From Nitrospirota bacterium (GTDB taxonomy: Bacteria > Nitrospirota > Nitrospiria > SBBL01 > JAADHI01), in the NCBI GenBank assembly GCA_029261195.1, contig JAJDBU010000059.1, positions 147,299-211,298 of the forward strand: a stretch of DNA of 64,000 nt, written 5' to 3'. Position 1 is the first letter of the stretch. The number at the start of each line of letters is the position of its first letter. Below the pieces are notes generated by a model that saw only the letters and a list, made by a program, of their open reading frames with translations, was not told the origin of the DNA and did not search any database. A program made the translations under genes and the position numbers. Shown here piece by piece: positions 9,878 through 19,354 of the stretch.

Positions 9878-10848
9878 ATCCCACTCATTCGGACAGACCA
9901 ATCTCGCCTCTTGCTTCAATCGACATGGGAACAAACACCTTTCGTCTGCTCATCGCAGAGATGGCAGAAATAAAGGGGAGGGTCTGTCTCAAACCACTGT
10001 ATTCAGAAAACCGTATCGTCCGGCTGGGAGAAGGGTTTTCGGAGAAAAAAATAATCCGGCCCGCCGCGATTGCGCGTGCCTTGAATGCCTTGCAGGCCTT
10101 TCGGAATGTAACTGAGCAAGAGGCCATAACGTCTGTAATCGTCACTGGAACGAGCGCAATCAGAGAGGCTGAAAATCAGGAGGCCTTTCTTTCCCTTATC
10201 AAAGAAAAATGCGGCCTTAAAATTGAAATACTCTCCGGGCAGGAGGAGGCGCGCTTGACCCTTACGGGGGTCAAACTGGTTTTTCCAGAAGCAGAAAAAG
10301 AGAATGATTCGACTGTCGTCATCGACATCGGAGGCGGTTCGACCGAATTGATCCGGTCAAAAAGGGGGCAAAACCCCTTTCTTCTGAGCTTAGGTCTTGG
10401 CGCTGTCACCCTGAGTGAAAAATATCTGCACGGCGACCCGCCGACTTCAGTTGAAATAAAACAACTCAAAGCCGAGATCGATCTCACCCTCTCTAATATC
10501 GCACATCATTTTCCAAAAGACTGCCGCTTTGCCGGAACAGCCGGAACGGTGACCACTCTGGCCGCAATCGATCAGCTTATGACGCATTACGACCCGGACA
10601 AGATCAATCATTATCAGATGACCCAAGCACAGATTGCAGGGATTTTGGAAACCCTCTGTGCTCTGCCGAAGGAAAAACGGAAAAATCTTCCCGGTTTAGA
10701 AAAGGGCAGGGAAGATATCATCATTGCAGGAACGCTGGTGCTTTTGAATGTGATGGAAAGGTTTAGCTATGACCTGCTTCATGTCAGTGATTACGGACTA
10801 CGAGAAGGCGTTTTAATGGATCAATTTGGAAATCAAGACGCATCATGA
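9874..10848 (+). CDS. Ppx/GppA-family phosphatase (exopolyphosphatase-like)
   Basis: ASKHA-fold motifs: IDMGTNTFRLLIAE, GTSAIREA, and VIDIGGGSTEL. Confidence 0.8.
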   Translation: MNPTHSDRPISPLASIDMGTNTFRLLIAEMAEIKGRVCLKPLYSENRIVRLGEGFSEKKIIRPAAIARALNALQAFRNVTEQEAITSVIVTGTSAIREAENQEAFLSLIKEKCGLKIEILSGQEEARLTLTGVKLVFPEAEKENDSTVVIDIGGGSTELIRSKRGQNPFLLSLGLGAVTLSEKYLHGDPPTSVEIKQLKAEIDLTLSNIAHHFPKDCRFAGTAGTVTTLAAIDQLMTHYDPDKINHYQMTQAQIAGILETLCALPKEKRKNLPGLEKGREDIIIAGTLVLLNVMERFSYDLLHVSDYGLREGVLMDQFGNQDAS

Positions 10849-10915
10849 ACACTTTTTTTAAGTGACAGCTCAGTACGGGGCATTATAAAATGACAGCCTT
10901 TTTGGGGAATGAAGC

Positions 10916-12040
10916 ATGAACGATATCTCATTTTTAACCGGCTTAAGCAGATTACAAATGCGCATGCTGGACATCTGCCGTGTAATGGCCGAAGACGAAA
11001 AAGCGTTTATCGAGGCCAAAGATTTCCTGCAAGTCTTTACAAGTGCCGAATGGGATATGGACGACGAGACTTTTGAGGAGGAATGCGAGGCCCTGGAATG
11101 CGAGATTAGAAATATCGACGATTACCCGCCTGAAAGTGTCGGCTACGCCTTCCGTCTTCTTTTGCTTATGGGACTTCCCTGGCGTTGCCGCTACCCCTAT
11201 TTTGACCTGATTGGCGCAATCGGGGATTATCATGACGAGATTCCCTTCGGGCCTGCTTCTGTCGAACTCAGACTCTCAAAATATGCAAACTTCATCCTGC
11301 CGACAGAAAGAGAACCCCTGCTTCCGATGGCACTTTTAAACGGCGCTTCCCTTGCGGACGGCACTGAGATTCCGGCACATAATCTGGAAGAACTCTGGAT
11401 CGCCATAGAACATCTTCGCCAGAATCCGGATATCCCCCTCGACGACCTGATGGAAATTTTACCCGGTCCGGATTTCGCTGCGGGAGGCGTAGTCGGAGGG
11501 CTTGAAGCAATCCACAGCCTCTATAAAACAGGGGAAGGCACTTTGACCTTGAGAGCTCGGATTGATGTCGAGATCGAAGGGGGACGAACCCGCGTTGCGA
11601 TCCGTTCTCTTCCTCAAGGGGTATTGATCAAAACTGTGCTGGATCAGATTCGTCTATTGTCTGCAAAAGAGGCCTTCCCGCTTTACAAGCTAAAAGATAT
11701 TTCGGCGGGCATGCAGATTGGCATTGTTCTGGATGTTTCACCCAAAGTCTGCTCAGAACAATTAAAGGAGATCCTGTTTCGTGAGACAGACTTGGAGGTG
11801 ACCCGCACTTTTCGCTGTGGTTTTAAAGATCCATTCACCTGGTCTGAAACGGGAAACCTGCTCTCAATTCTTAAAGAAGCGGCACTGCAATGCCCGACGG
11901 CATGGAAAAGAAAAGACGGCCAGCCCAGCGAAGTCCTCCCGTCATTTAGCGATATTCTGGAGCACGGGGGCTATAAAAACCCCTTGAGCCGACTTATTGA
12001 TGGACGTCGGTCGAGAGTGTTAAGGATGGCCGCATCATGA
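10916..12040 (+). CDS. GyrA/ParC N-terminal-domain-like protein lacking the catalytic tyrosine
   Basis: Colinear with GyrA: [22 protein letters not shown] matches [33 protein letters not shown] matches [24 protein letters not shown] matches AYRTGRGKVYIRARA. The MRYTEIRL active-site stretch reads ASVELRL, with no Tyr. Confidence 0.55.
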   Translation: [374 protein letters not shown]

Positions 12041-12981
12041 AAGCCATTGTTTTTGCTACAGATCACTTGAACTCAGATTATCGCCTCAATGGCCTCAGTA
12101 GTTCTTTTTTAAATTTGCAGGGAAGGCCCATCCTGCTCTATGTACTTGTCGCCTTGAATCAATTGTCTGATATCGACGAGATCGCCATCGTCGGGCCACC
12201 CTCACAGATTATGCGCGTCCTCGAAGCCGCCCTCTTTGAAGTTCCCTTTTCAAAAAAAATCACCGTTCTACCGCAAAAAAAACAGCTCCTTGAGGATCTA
12301 CAGTCCGCAATATGTGGAGAAGCACAGCAAGCGCCTGATCCCCTACAGGTTTTGCCGACAGACGAAGCGGTGCTTTGTCTGCCAGGTAACATTCCATTGA
12401 TTACGACTGCCGAAATTGAGGCCTTTCTTGCGGATTCCGACATGACCTCTTATGACTATTGTATCGGGATCACTGAGGAAAATGCGCTGCGTGCCTTCTA
12501 TCCGGAGGGCGAGAAATCCGGTATCAAAAACCCCTGTATTCAAGTACAAAACAAATCCTTTCGTCTGAATAATCTTCACCTCCTTTACCCTTCTCGCATC
12601 AGCAGAGTCGTACAGGAGCAGCCTAATGCGTCGAAAAATGGAATCGGGTCAGGGTCTAGTACGCTACCGCTCTATATATCTGCATTATTGGGCGGAGGAC
12701 TCCGTAAATCAGATCAAGCTCATGAACTCGTATTATCCCTGTCTCATCAGAACAGTTCTATTGAAATGCTTGAAGACTGTTTATCCGAGATAAGCCAAAT
12801 AAAACTCAAGTTCACGGGACGCTGGAAAGGCGGGGCCGCATTAAATATTAATGATGAAGCTAGCTTTCAAGCAGTTTCAGAGCGAATCGATGATTGGCGA
12901 ATACTGACTGAGGATCTGAATCAAACAGAAGAGGGGAAGAAACAGTGCCCCACTTCGGGCCTTGCCTGTAAATCGGAATAA
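12037..12981 (+). CDS. Nucleotidyltransferase-fold (MobA-like NTP-transferase) protein, degenerate
   Basis: Its start overlaps the upstream stop (ATGA). The N-terminal beta-alpha-beta (KAIVFA...LQGRPILLYVL...EIAIVG) and LCLPGNIPLIT resemble NTP_transf_3 proteins, but the glycine-rich NTP loop is not conserved. Confidence 0.35.
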   Translation: MKAIVFATDHLNSDYRLNGLSSSFLNLQGRPILLYVLVALNQLSDIDEIAIVGPPSQIMRVLEAALFEVPFSKKITVLPQKKQLLEDLQSAICGEAQQAPDPLQVLPTDEAVLCLPGNIPLITTAEIEAFLADSDMTSYDYCIGITEENALRAFYPEGEKSGIKNPCIQVQNKSFRLNNLHLLYPSRISRVVQEQPNASKNGIGSGSSTLPLYISALLGGGLRKSDQAHELVLSLSHQNSSIEMLEDCLSEISQIKLKFTGRWKGGAALNINDEASFQAVSERIDDWRILTEDLNQTEEGKKQCPTSGLACKSE

Positions 12982-13052
12982 TGCTGTGGCTCTGAAGGGG
13001 CGACCCGGTAATGAACCAAACAAGAGACCGCTGGAAAAGGAGGAATGAAATA

Positions 13053-13394
13053 ATGGACCTATCGGAAAAAACCTGCACCGCCTGTCGCGTAGGTGCGCCT
13101 TTGGCGACGGAAGAAGAAATCGCCTTATTTTTACCCCAGATTCCAGAATGGAAGATCGTCGAGGTGGCAGGGGTCAATCAGCTCCGTCGGGTTTATGCCT
13201 TTGCCAATTTTGTGGATGCACTGGCTTTTACGAACAAGGTGGGGGCACTGGCGGAAGAGGCAGGTCATCATCCCGCCTTGCTGACGGAATGGGGACGAGT
13301 GACGACTTCCTGGTGGACACACAAGATCAAAGGGCTGCACGTGAACGACTTCGTCATGGCGGCTAAAACTGATCTGTTATTTCAGGCGCTCTGA
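13053..13394 (+). CDS. phhB: 4a-hydroxytetrahydrobiopterin (pterin-4a-carbinolamine) dehydratase
   Basis: EEAGHHPAL...W and W(W)THK motifs. AGGAGG Shine-Dalgarno lies upstream of the ATG at 13053. Confidence 0.85.
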   Translation: MDLSEKTCTACRVGAPLATEEEIALFLPQIPEWKIVEVAGVNQLRRVYAFANFVDALAFTNKVGALAEEAGHHPALLTEWGRVTTSWWTHKIKGLHVNDFVMAAKTDLLFQAL

Positions 13395-13430
13395 AAACGG
13401 TTTATTTTTTTGGGGTGTTGCGGAATTGGG

Positions 13431-13946
13431 TTAACCCACCCACTGTGAGATGGCACTGTAGCCTTTGGCAATATCTTGGGCGATGTTGATTCCGTTCTTA
13501 ATCCCTTTCACTGCTTTATGCAGCTTGGAATCTTTGTTTTCCAGTGCTTCGACTAAACGCCCTAAGCGCTTGGCGATGCCTTTCTTTTTGACTTCTTTTG
13601 GGTTCTTGAAGTTTTCAGCTTGCTCTAAGGCGATTGCGGCATTTTGGAGTTCTTTGGCTTCTTCTTCATCCCCTGCTTGTGTGAGGGATTGAGCCAAATC
13701 GTTTAAATCGCCCTGTAAGCCGATATTGCAGTTGTTGAAATTGAAAGTCGTATGTGTCGATTTATCAGCAATCAATTGATTTGCCTGTCCGCCTAACATC
13801 AAATTTTCAGTCTTTATGTCGTAATTATTAACCGTTTGGCTCAGATTGATTTTTTGTTTAGTAATGTATTCATAGAAAGGAACACTGTCTTTGGATTGAT
13901 TTAGAATCATGCTATCGGGTAACCACACTGGATGTTTCACCTCCAC
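13431..13946 (-). CDS. Hypothetical helical protein coupled to the Roc-COR GTPase
   Basis: 171-aa ORF overlapping the upstream stop by 10 nt. A GGAGG lies inside the overlap. Possible starts are GTG 13946, GTG 13928 and ATG 13910. The C-terminal half is K/E/A-rich and helical. No family recognised. Confidence 0.5.
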   Translation of the reverse strand: MEVKHPVWLPDSMILNQSKDSVPFYEYITKQKINLSQTVNNYDIKTENLMLGGQANQLIADKSTHTTFNFNNCNIGLQGDLNDLAQSLTQAGDEEEAKELQNAAIALEQAENFKNPKEVKKKGIAKRLGRLVEALENKDSKLHKAVKGIKNGINIAQDIAKGYSAISQWVG

Positions 13947-15985
13947 TTCTCGGGTATTTCCCCATAGCGCTCGATCCGATACTGCAACTCAGGCTTTTCG
14001 CTTTTGTAGCTATTAAAAATATCGTTGAGTGTTTCTCTTAATGTACTGATGTAGTTGGTTTTATCTGGGCCTTTCACTGAAACCGTGATGTCCCGATCTT
14101 CTTCCCGTACCAATGCCATACTTCCTTTGTCATCTTTTAGTAGCACACCATAACGCCAGACAACATATTTTCCTTTTTCTCTTTTTATTTGCTGATTGTG
14201 GCGGACGATGAAACGGGAAATCGTGTTGGGCGGCAAAGCTTGTTCTGCTTTGTATCGCAGCATCAAGCTTTCTCCTACAGGGAAATCGGGCAGTTCATTG
14301 GGGCGGTCTTCATTCAATAAATGAGGAATGACGAGTTTTTTTTCTTCCTTTGTTTCATAGGCCAACTCATAGTGTTTCATCAGCTTAAAAAGGAAGGGAT
14401 GTTTATCCTTTGGGTGGCGATTGCCGTCTTCTTTAAATACGACTTCAAACTCATCTAAAGTCAGTGAATACTTTTTTTCTTCATTGACCCAGTTGATGAT
14501 TTTATAGACACCGTGACTGATCCATTCGGGGTTCAGTACTAGGGTATCGATTTCCTTCATACCGCCGTACCACAAACTGACACCCAGATAATGCAGGTCT
14601 TTTAATATTTCATGGACATTGGCGATCTTATGTTTTTCTGCGATCTGGCGAAACTCATCTAAAGTGATGTGTTCTTGCCCCTTGTTCTTATCATTCTTGT
14701 CAAAAAGCTTTTCTAGTTCTTCTTTAACAAGGTAGTAGTTGGTGGGGATTTCTTGATTTTCCCAGGAGGGATTGGTTTTTATATAGTCTGCAACCTTATG
14801 GCGAAAGGCTTCTAGTTTCGTTTTGTCGTCTTGAATCGAAAAGGTGTAAACGCCCGCAATTGGATAGTTTTCTTTTAAGGTATTGATTTTAATATCTACA
14901 CTGTGTTGGTCACGTTTGTTGACTAAAATAATGGCTTGAGAATTACCTCCGTAATTTTTCATATGGTTGAGCCAATATTCCAACCTGTTTCTCTCTTCGG
15001 TTCGTCCATCATAGACCATGATATAAAGGCAGCGTTCTGATAAGAAAAATTGATGCACGGCATGGCTCACTGTGTGGCCTGCAAAATCCCAAATGCGTAC
15101 ATTAATATTATCTTCTTCCAATACCCACAGCGTCGTATCAACGCCTGCCGTGCTCTCATCATCCGTGGTCATGGGTGCATCGGGATCAATCAATCGTCTT
15201 GCGATACAGGTTTTCCCCGACCCTTTATCACCCAGGATAATAATCCGAGCTTCGTTGAGCCGCACCGCGCCTTGCGTTTCTAATGCTTCCAAATAGTTGG
15301 CGACTGCGGCAGCACCTTGCTCGCGGATTTCTTTTGGTACATTGATACGTCTTTCTAAGGCTTGTTGGTCTAGGACTAATCCACTATCAAAAATGCTCTG
15401 ATACAGGCGGCCCCAGTAGGCACAGCCTTCGTTTTTAAGCGCTTTTTGAAAATGATCCCAAGTCTCACAATACCAGTCAGTCGACTGACCTTGGTGCTCT
15501 CCTAGCTTTTTTTGTATATTCTTTAAATCTTGTAAAATTATAGATGCTAAATACCTATAATTTTGGGCATACACAGCGGCCGCGCGGGTGACGACCTTGG
15601 CTGCCTCGGTTTCTCCTTTAAGGTGGTGGGAGTGGCTCGCGTAGAAGACAGCTTCGGAAGCGACGGTGGCAACCTCTGCTGCCCCGATAGCCCCGGCGGT
15701 ACGAGCAGAGATGGCTGAGACGGAAACGGCGTCATAGGCGGAGAAGGCGTAGGCGGTGTAGAGGTGGCCGCCAAGGGTGGCTCCGTAGGCACACAGATCT
15801 AAAGCATAAAAAATACGCTGGATATGTCCTTGCCGATTTTTTTTAGACCAATAGTTGAAATCTCCCTCACTCCCCAAAAATGGCAAAGCCCGTACCGCAC
15901 AACGCCATGTAAAGTGTATAATTTGATCACGATCAAGTTGTTTTAATTCTTGTTCTATTTTTTTCTTAAACTTTTCTCTGTCCAT
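13937..15985 (-). CDS. Roc-COR (ROCO-type) small GTPase with an unassigned N-terminal helical domain
   Basis: G1 GDKGSGKT, G3 WDFAGH, and G4 NKRD. A COR-like region follows (LKDLHYLGVSLWY...LVLNPEWISHGVYKIIN). The first ~245 aa are Ala-rich, helical and contain no LRR. Confidence 0.75.
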   Translation of the reverse strand: MDREKFKKKIEQELKQLDRDQIIHFTWRCAVRALPFLGSEGDFNYWSKKNRQGHIQRIFYALDLCAYGATLGGHLYTAYAFSAYDAVSVSAISARTAGAIGAAEVATVASEAVFYASHSHHLKGETEAAKVVTRAAAVYAQNYRYLASIILQDLKNIQKKLGEHQGQSTDWYCETWDHFQKALKNEGCAYWGRLYQSIFDSGLVLDQQALERRINVPKEIREQGAAAVANYLEALETQGAVRLNEARIIILGDKGSGKTCIARRLIDPDAPMTTDDESTAGVDTTLWVLEEDNINVRIWDFAGHTVSHAVHQFFLSERCLYIMVYDGRTEERNRLEYWLNHMKNYGGNSQAIILVNKRDQHSVDIKINTLKENYPIAGVYTFSIQDDKTKLEAFRHKVADYIKTNPSWENQEIPTNYYLVKEELEKLFDKNDKNKGQEHITLDEFRQIAEKHKIANVHEILKDLHYLGVSLWYGGMKEIDTLVLNPEWISHGVYKIINWVNEEKKYSLTLDEFEVVFKEDGNRHPKDKHPFLFKLMKHYELAYETKEEKKLVIPHLLNEDRPNELPDFPVGESLMLRYKAEQALPPNTISRFIVRHNQQIKREKGKYVVWRYGVLLKDDKGSMALVREEDRDITVSVKGPDKTNYISTLRETLNDIFNSYKSEKPELQYRIERYGEIPEKWR

Positions 15986-16056
15986 TTTTTTTGTTTTGCT
16001 TTATGACTTTGAAGTCATTGGTTGCCATATGACAAGGTCTTAGATCTGCCACCTTG

Positions 16057-17601
16057 CTAATTCCAGTGTCGCCAGCCTTTCAAATAATAGCTCAAGATCA
16101 GCGGACGATCGAGGGAGCTGTATTCAATGTTTTCTTCGATAAGGTCTTTCGCAAAGGTAAATAAAGAACTTGCGATCTTGTCCTCAAGGTAGCGCGTCGG
16201 TACTTCAATCTGAACAGAATCCGTATCCAGTTGCGCTTCAGAGGCTAGCACAAAACCCCAATCTCCAAAAGAAGGGATGTAGAGGTGGTAGGGATGGGTC
16301 TTCATTCCAGCTTCGGTGATTGTCGCATTGATGCACCAGAAGGCCTTTTTCGCAAAATAAGGGCTGGTTGCCTGCGTGAGAAAGATGCCCCCTTTATTCA
16401 GGCGTGAGCGGATCAGTCGATAAAATTCCCGGCTGTAAAGCCGCGAAAGAGACACGTTGTTCGGATCGGGCAGGTCTGAAATGATGATATCAAAAGGCTC
16501 TTTGACCTCTTTAAGGAAAACAAAGGCGTCTTCATTAAATATCGTGACTCGCTTGTCCTCAAGGCTTTCCCGATTCATTTCTCTGATGTACTTATTTTTC
16601 TTAGAGATTCGGATGATTTCCGGGTCGATATCGACCAGGGTAATCGATTCGACATCGTCATATTTCAGCATCTCCCGCACAGCAAGTCCATCTCCTCCGC
16701 CCAAAATGAGTATGTTTTTTCGTCTTGGTGCGAGGCTGAGTGGAATATGAACAAGGGCCTCGTGATAGCGGTATTCGTCAACGGAAGAGAATTGCAGGTT
16801 GCCGTCCAGAAAGAGGCGAACGTCGTCTTTTGCTTTGGTCAAAATGATCTTTTGGTACTTGGTTTGTAAGGAAAAAATAATCCGGTCTTCGTAGAGAGAG
16901 CTGCTCCACGCTTTCATGAGAAAAGGGGCCGTTAAAAAGAGGCCTGCGAGAACAATGCAAACGGCAGTCGATGCAATAGTATAAAGCCGTCTCCGGCCAA
17001 GATTAAGCTCATCTTTAAAACACCAGAGGTTCATGAATCCGATGCACATATTAATCAAACCGAAAAAAAGAGAGCTTTTAAATGTGCCTAAAAAGGGGAG
17101 GAGGAGAAAGGGGAAAAGCAGGGTGGCAATCAAGGCGCCCAGGTAATCAATGGAGAGTACGTTAGATATATTGATTTTCAAGGTGTAGTACTGCTCCATG
17201 ATACGTGTGAGCAGAGGGATTTCAAGGCCGATCAGTGTGCCGATGGAGAGAATCATGAGCACCATGAAGAGTGTGTAGGACTCGGTGTAGGCATAACAGA
17301 AGTAGAGAATGGGCACGGACATGCCGCCAAGGAAGCCCAGTGCAATTTCGACTGCGATGAATTTAGAGAGCAGGTTTGTTTTGATGAGACGTGAGATGTA
17401 GGAGCCGATGCCCATGGCCGCCATGTAAAGGCCGATGGTAATCGAAAACTGTTTAACGCTGTCACCTAAAAAGTAGGAGGACGCGGTGCTGATGAGCAGC
17501 TCATAGATAATCGAGCAAAGCCCCGCGATAAAGATTGAGGCCACCAGAATCGAGATTTCTTTTTTCGACTCTGCTTGTGTAAGCTGTGTCGTATGGTCCA
17601 T
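16057..17601 (-). CDS. Membrane-bound polyamine aminopropyltransferase (spermidine-synthase-like)
   Basis: About 7-8 N-terminal TM helices, then the SpeE core: ILILGGGDGLAVRE, VDIDPE, and IISDLPDP. The ATG at 17601 overlaps the upstream stop (TAATG). The longer ORF to 17751 is rejected. Confidence 0.8.
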   Translation of the reverse strand: MDHTTQLTQAESKKEISILVASIFIAGLCSIIYELLISTASSYFLGDSVKQFSITIGLYMAAMGIGSYISRLIKTNLLSKFIAVEIALGFLGGMSVPILYFCYAYTESYTLFMVLMILSIGTLIGLEIPLLTRIMEQYYTLKINISNVLSIDYLGALIATLLFPFLLLPFLGTFKSSLFFGLINMCIGFMNLWCFKDELNLGRRRLYTIASTAVCIVLAGLFLTAPFLMKAWSSSLYEDRIIFSLQTKYQKIILTKAKDDVRLFLDGNLQFSSVDEYRYHEALVHIPLSLAPRRKNILILGGGDGLAVREMLKYDDVESITLVDIDPEIIRISKKNKYIREMNRESLEDKRVTIFNEDAFVFLKEVKEPFDIIISDLPDPNNVSLSRLYSREFYRLIRSRLNKGGIFLTQATSPYFAKKAFWCINATITEAGMKTHPYHLYIPSFGDWGFVLASEAQLDTDSVQIEVPTRYLEDKIASSLFTFAKDLIEENIEYSSLDRPLILSYYLKGWRHWN

Positions 17602-17855
17602 TATTTCCCGGCGCGTGGCCCGCCACCCTGGCGACTCGAACCGCCGGTACTGCCGGATCTGACGCTGGGTGATCCGTAGTAGCGAGGTCCGCCGAAATAC
17701 CAGAAGGATGGTCCATAAGCATAACCGCCGTAGTATCCCGGATAGCCCCAACCCCGAAAACTGAGCGAAAACAGGAAGACATAAACCAGAACCAGAGCAA
17801 TGATGACGCCAAGAAAGACACCACCACCTTGGTTATTTAAGGGGCGTTTTAGCAT
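17601..17855 (-). CDS. Small membrane protein with Gly/Tyr-rich tail
   Basis: 84 aa with one TM helix (GVFLGVIIALVLVYVFLF) and then a G/Y/S-rich low-complexity tail. Translationally coupled to the spermidine-synthase-like gene. Confidence 0.5.
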   Translation of the reverse strand: MLKRPLNNQGGGVFLGVIIALVLVYVFLFSLSFRGWGYPGYYGGYAYGPSFWYFGGPRYYGSPSVRSGSTGGSSRQGGGPRAGK

Positions 17856-17897
17856 CTTGAGTTTTTTATTTCTGATTTCAATTTTTTCTTCCTAATT

Positions 17898-18461
17898 TCA
17901 ATAGGGACGACCATAAGATTTTAAGGAACTCACGCTTGAAGCGGCAGCCATTTGATAGAGGATGACACCCAGAATTAATGCAATCACACCAGCGGTAAAA
18001 AGCGGCACAGAACTGCCCCCTTTCTGTTTTCCGATGATCTGAATGCTTCCAGTCACCTGGCTGACCTGTTCCGCCTCAAATCCGAGATAATAAGTCCCCT
18101 TTTGAAGCAAGACCTTGATCGTATAGTCGGTTTTACTTTCCGACCATGAGCCGCCGTCGTCATAGCCTGATTCGGCCCAGAATTCCTCTCCGAAACTGAA
18201 AAGGTGGTTTTTCTGTTCGTCAAGTACGGAACCTTCAACCTGGTTCCATGCACCGCTACTTCTGATATCCTGTGCGACGGTGATCTGGTAAACGGTTCGG
18301 TCTTTTTCAATCATGATCGGCCCGACGATTCCTCCCTTCGGGGATAAAATTTCAGAGATCTCGCCGCCGGTTGAGACATTAAAAAAAAGGGCCGATACAA
18401 AACTCAAAATGGCAAAAGCAATCAAGGCCATCGCCGCCTGTTTTTTGTCTTTATTGTTCAT
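17898..18461 (-). CDS. Hypothetical bitopic membrane protein
   Basis: 187 aa with N- and C-terminal TM helices flanking a ~130-aa soluble domain. Sits inside the pspA cluster. No family recognised. Confidence 0.55.
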   Translation of the reverse strand: MNNKDKKQAAMALIAFAILSFVSALFFNVSTGGEISEILSPKGGIVGPIMIEKDRTVYQITVAQDIRSSGAWNQVEGSVLDEQKNHLFSFGEEFWAESGYDDGGSWSESKTDYTIKVLLQKGTYYLGFEAEQVSQVTGSIQIIGKQKGGSSVPLFTAGVIALILGVILYQMAAASSVSSLKSYGRPY

Positions 18462-18487
18462 TTCTTCTCTTTTGGGGTATCACCAAA

Positions 18488-19348
18488 TTAAGCCATTGTA
18501 AAAAGTAGAATGACTGAAAAAGAAATTGCTGCAACCATTTCAAGTAAACCTGCACCTAGGTTGCGATCATTTTGAATCTCATGGTTGAGAGAAGCTTTAG
18601 GCATCATAATCCTGTCGAAAAAGAACCGGACCATCGGTAGGAGAACAAAGACCAAAAGAACATCCATCGCAAAAACAGAAAGATTATGACCCCAGTCGAC
18701 AAAGTGTCCCGAGGACCCTTTCATGAGGATGATGCCAACCGCAATTAAGGTCCCGCCGAAGGCGACCCCTGCCGCGATGTTGTCCCGTTCAATCTCATCA
18801 TGAATATCAAAAGGAGTGACCCAATTGTAGATCTTTGTAAACAGGATGAGTGCAATCTGTCCGAGCGCAAAAAAGACGAGCAGGGTATGAATGCCTCCCC
18901 CTTCACCGTGAATGGAGCCTGCCACAATCAATCCGGATGCGAAGTAGGAACCAAACTGAACTGCGCCGGTGCCGGCGTTTCGGTCTTCGATAATCTCTTT
19001 GACGTTTGAAAAGCTGTGCAGGATGAAGCGGTCGTTGATTAAGCGGGAGAGATTCAATAAAAAGATCCCTAGGAATGAGTAGCCCCCGACGACCATCAGG
19101 TCGTTTAGAATCCCCTTTGAAGGACCTAAGAGGCTGCCGACAAAGATGATGGTCGTCGCGCCCAGATAGCCTGCCATGCTGGTTGCTAAAGCGACGTTGT
19201 CTTTTTCGTGCAGTTCTTCATCAATTTTATAGGGGGTGAAATAGTCATTGATCATTTTAGAAAGCAGGAGGACGAGCAAGTAAAGCAGGATGAGACTGCC
19301 ACCATGCAGCAGTTCGTAAGCGATGCCTTCTTCATAACCTTCCATCAT
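18488..19348 (-). CDS. DUF350 (YjfL-like) membrane protein, duplicated domain
   Basis: Polytopic membrane protein with two DUF350-type motifs: DNVALATSMAGYLGA and DNIAAGVAFGGTLIA. Confidence 0.6.
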   Translation of the reverse strand: MMEGYEEGIAYELLHGGSLILLYLLVLLLSKMINDYFTPYKIDEELHEKDNVALATSMAGYLGATTIIFVGSLLGPSKGILNDLMVVGGYSFLGIFLLNLSRLINDRFILHSFSNVKEIIEDRNAGTGAVQFGSYFASGLIVAGSIHGEGGGIHTLLVFFALGQIALILFTKIYNWVTPFDIHDEIERDNIAAGVAFGGTLIAVGIILMKGSSGHFVDWGHNLSVFAMDVLLVFVLLPMVRFFFDRIMMPKASLNHEIQNDRNLGAGLLEMVAAISFSVILLFTMA

Positions 19349-19354
19349 TGCTCC

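Noticed and set aside
9564-10115. 183-aa plus-strand ORF
   Set aside because: It is out of frame with, and overlaps, two better-supported genes (the coiled-coil ORF and ppx-like). The product is K/R-rich and low in complexity.
15986-16056. Palindrome ATGACTTTGAAGTCAT as a terminator between the spermidine-synthase-like and Roc-COR genes
   Set aside because: The stem is short and A+T-rich with a 2-nt loop, and no U-tract follows it on the transcribed (minus) strand.
17602-17751. N-terminal 50 codons of the 564-aa spermidine-synthase-like ORF
   Set aside because: They overlap the Gly/Tyr-rich membrane protein gene and are Arg-rich. The ATG at 17601 forms a TAATG junction, and the family-like hydrophobic region follows it.
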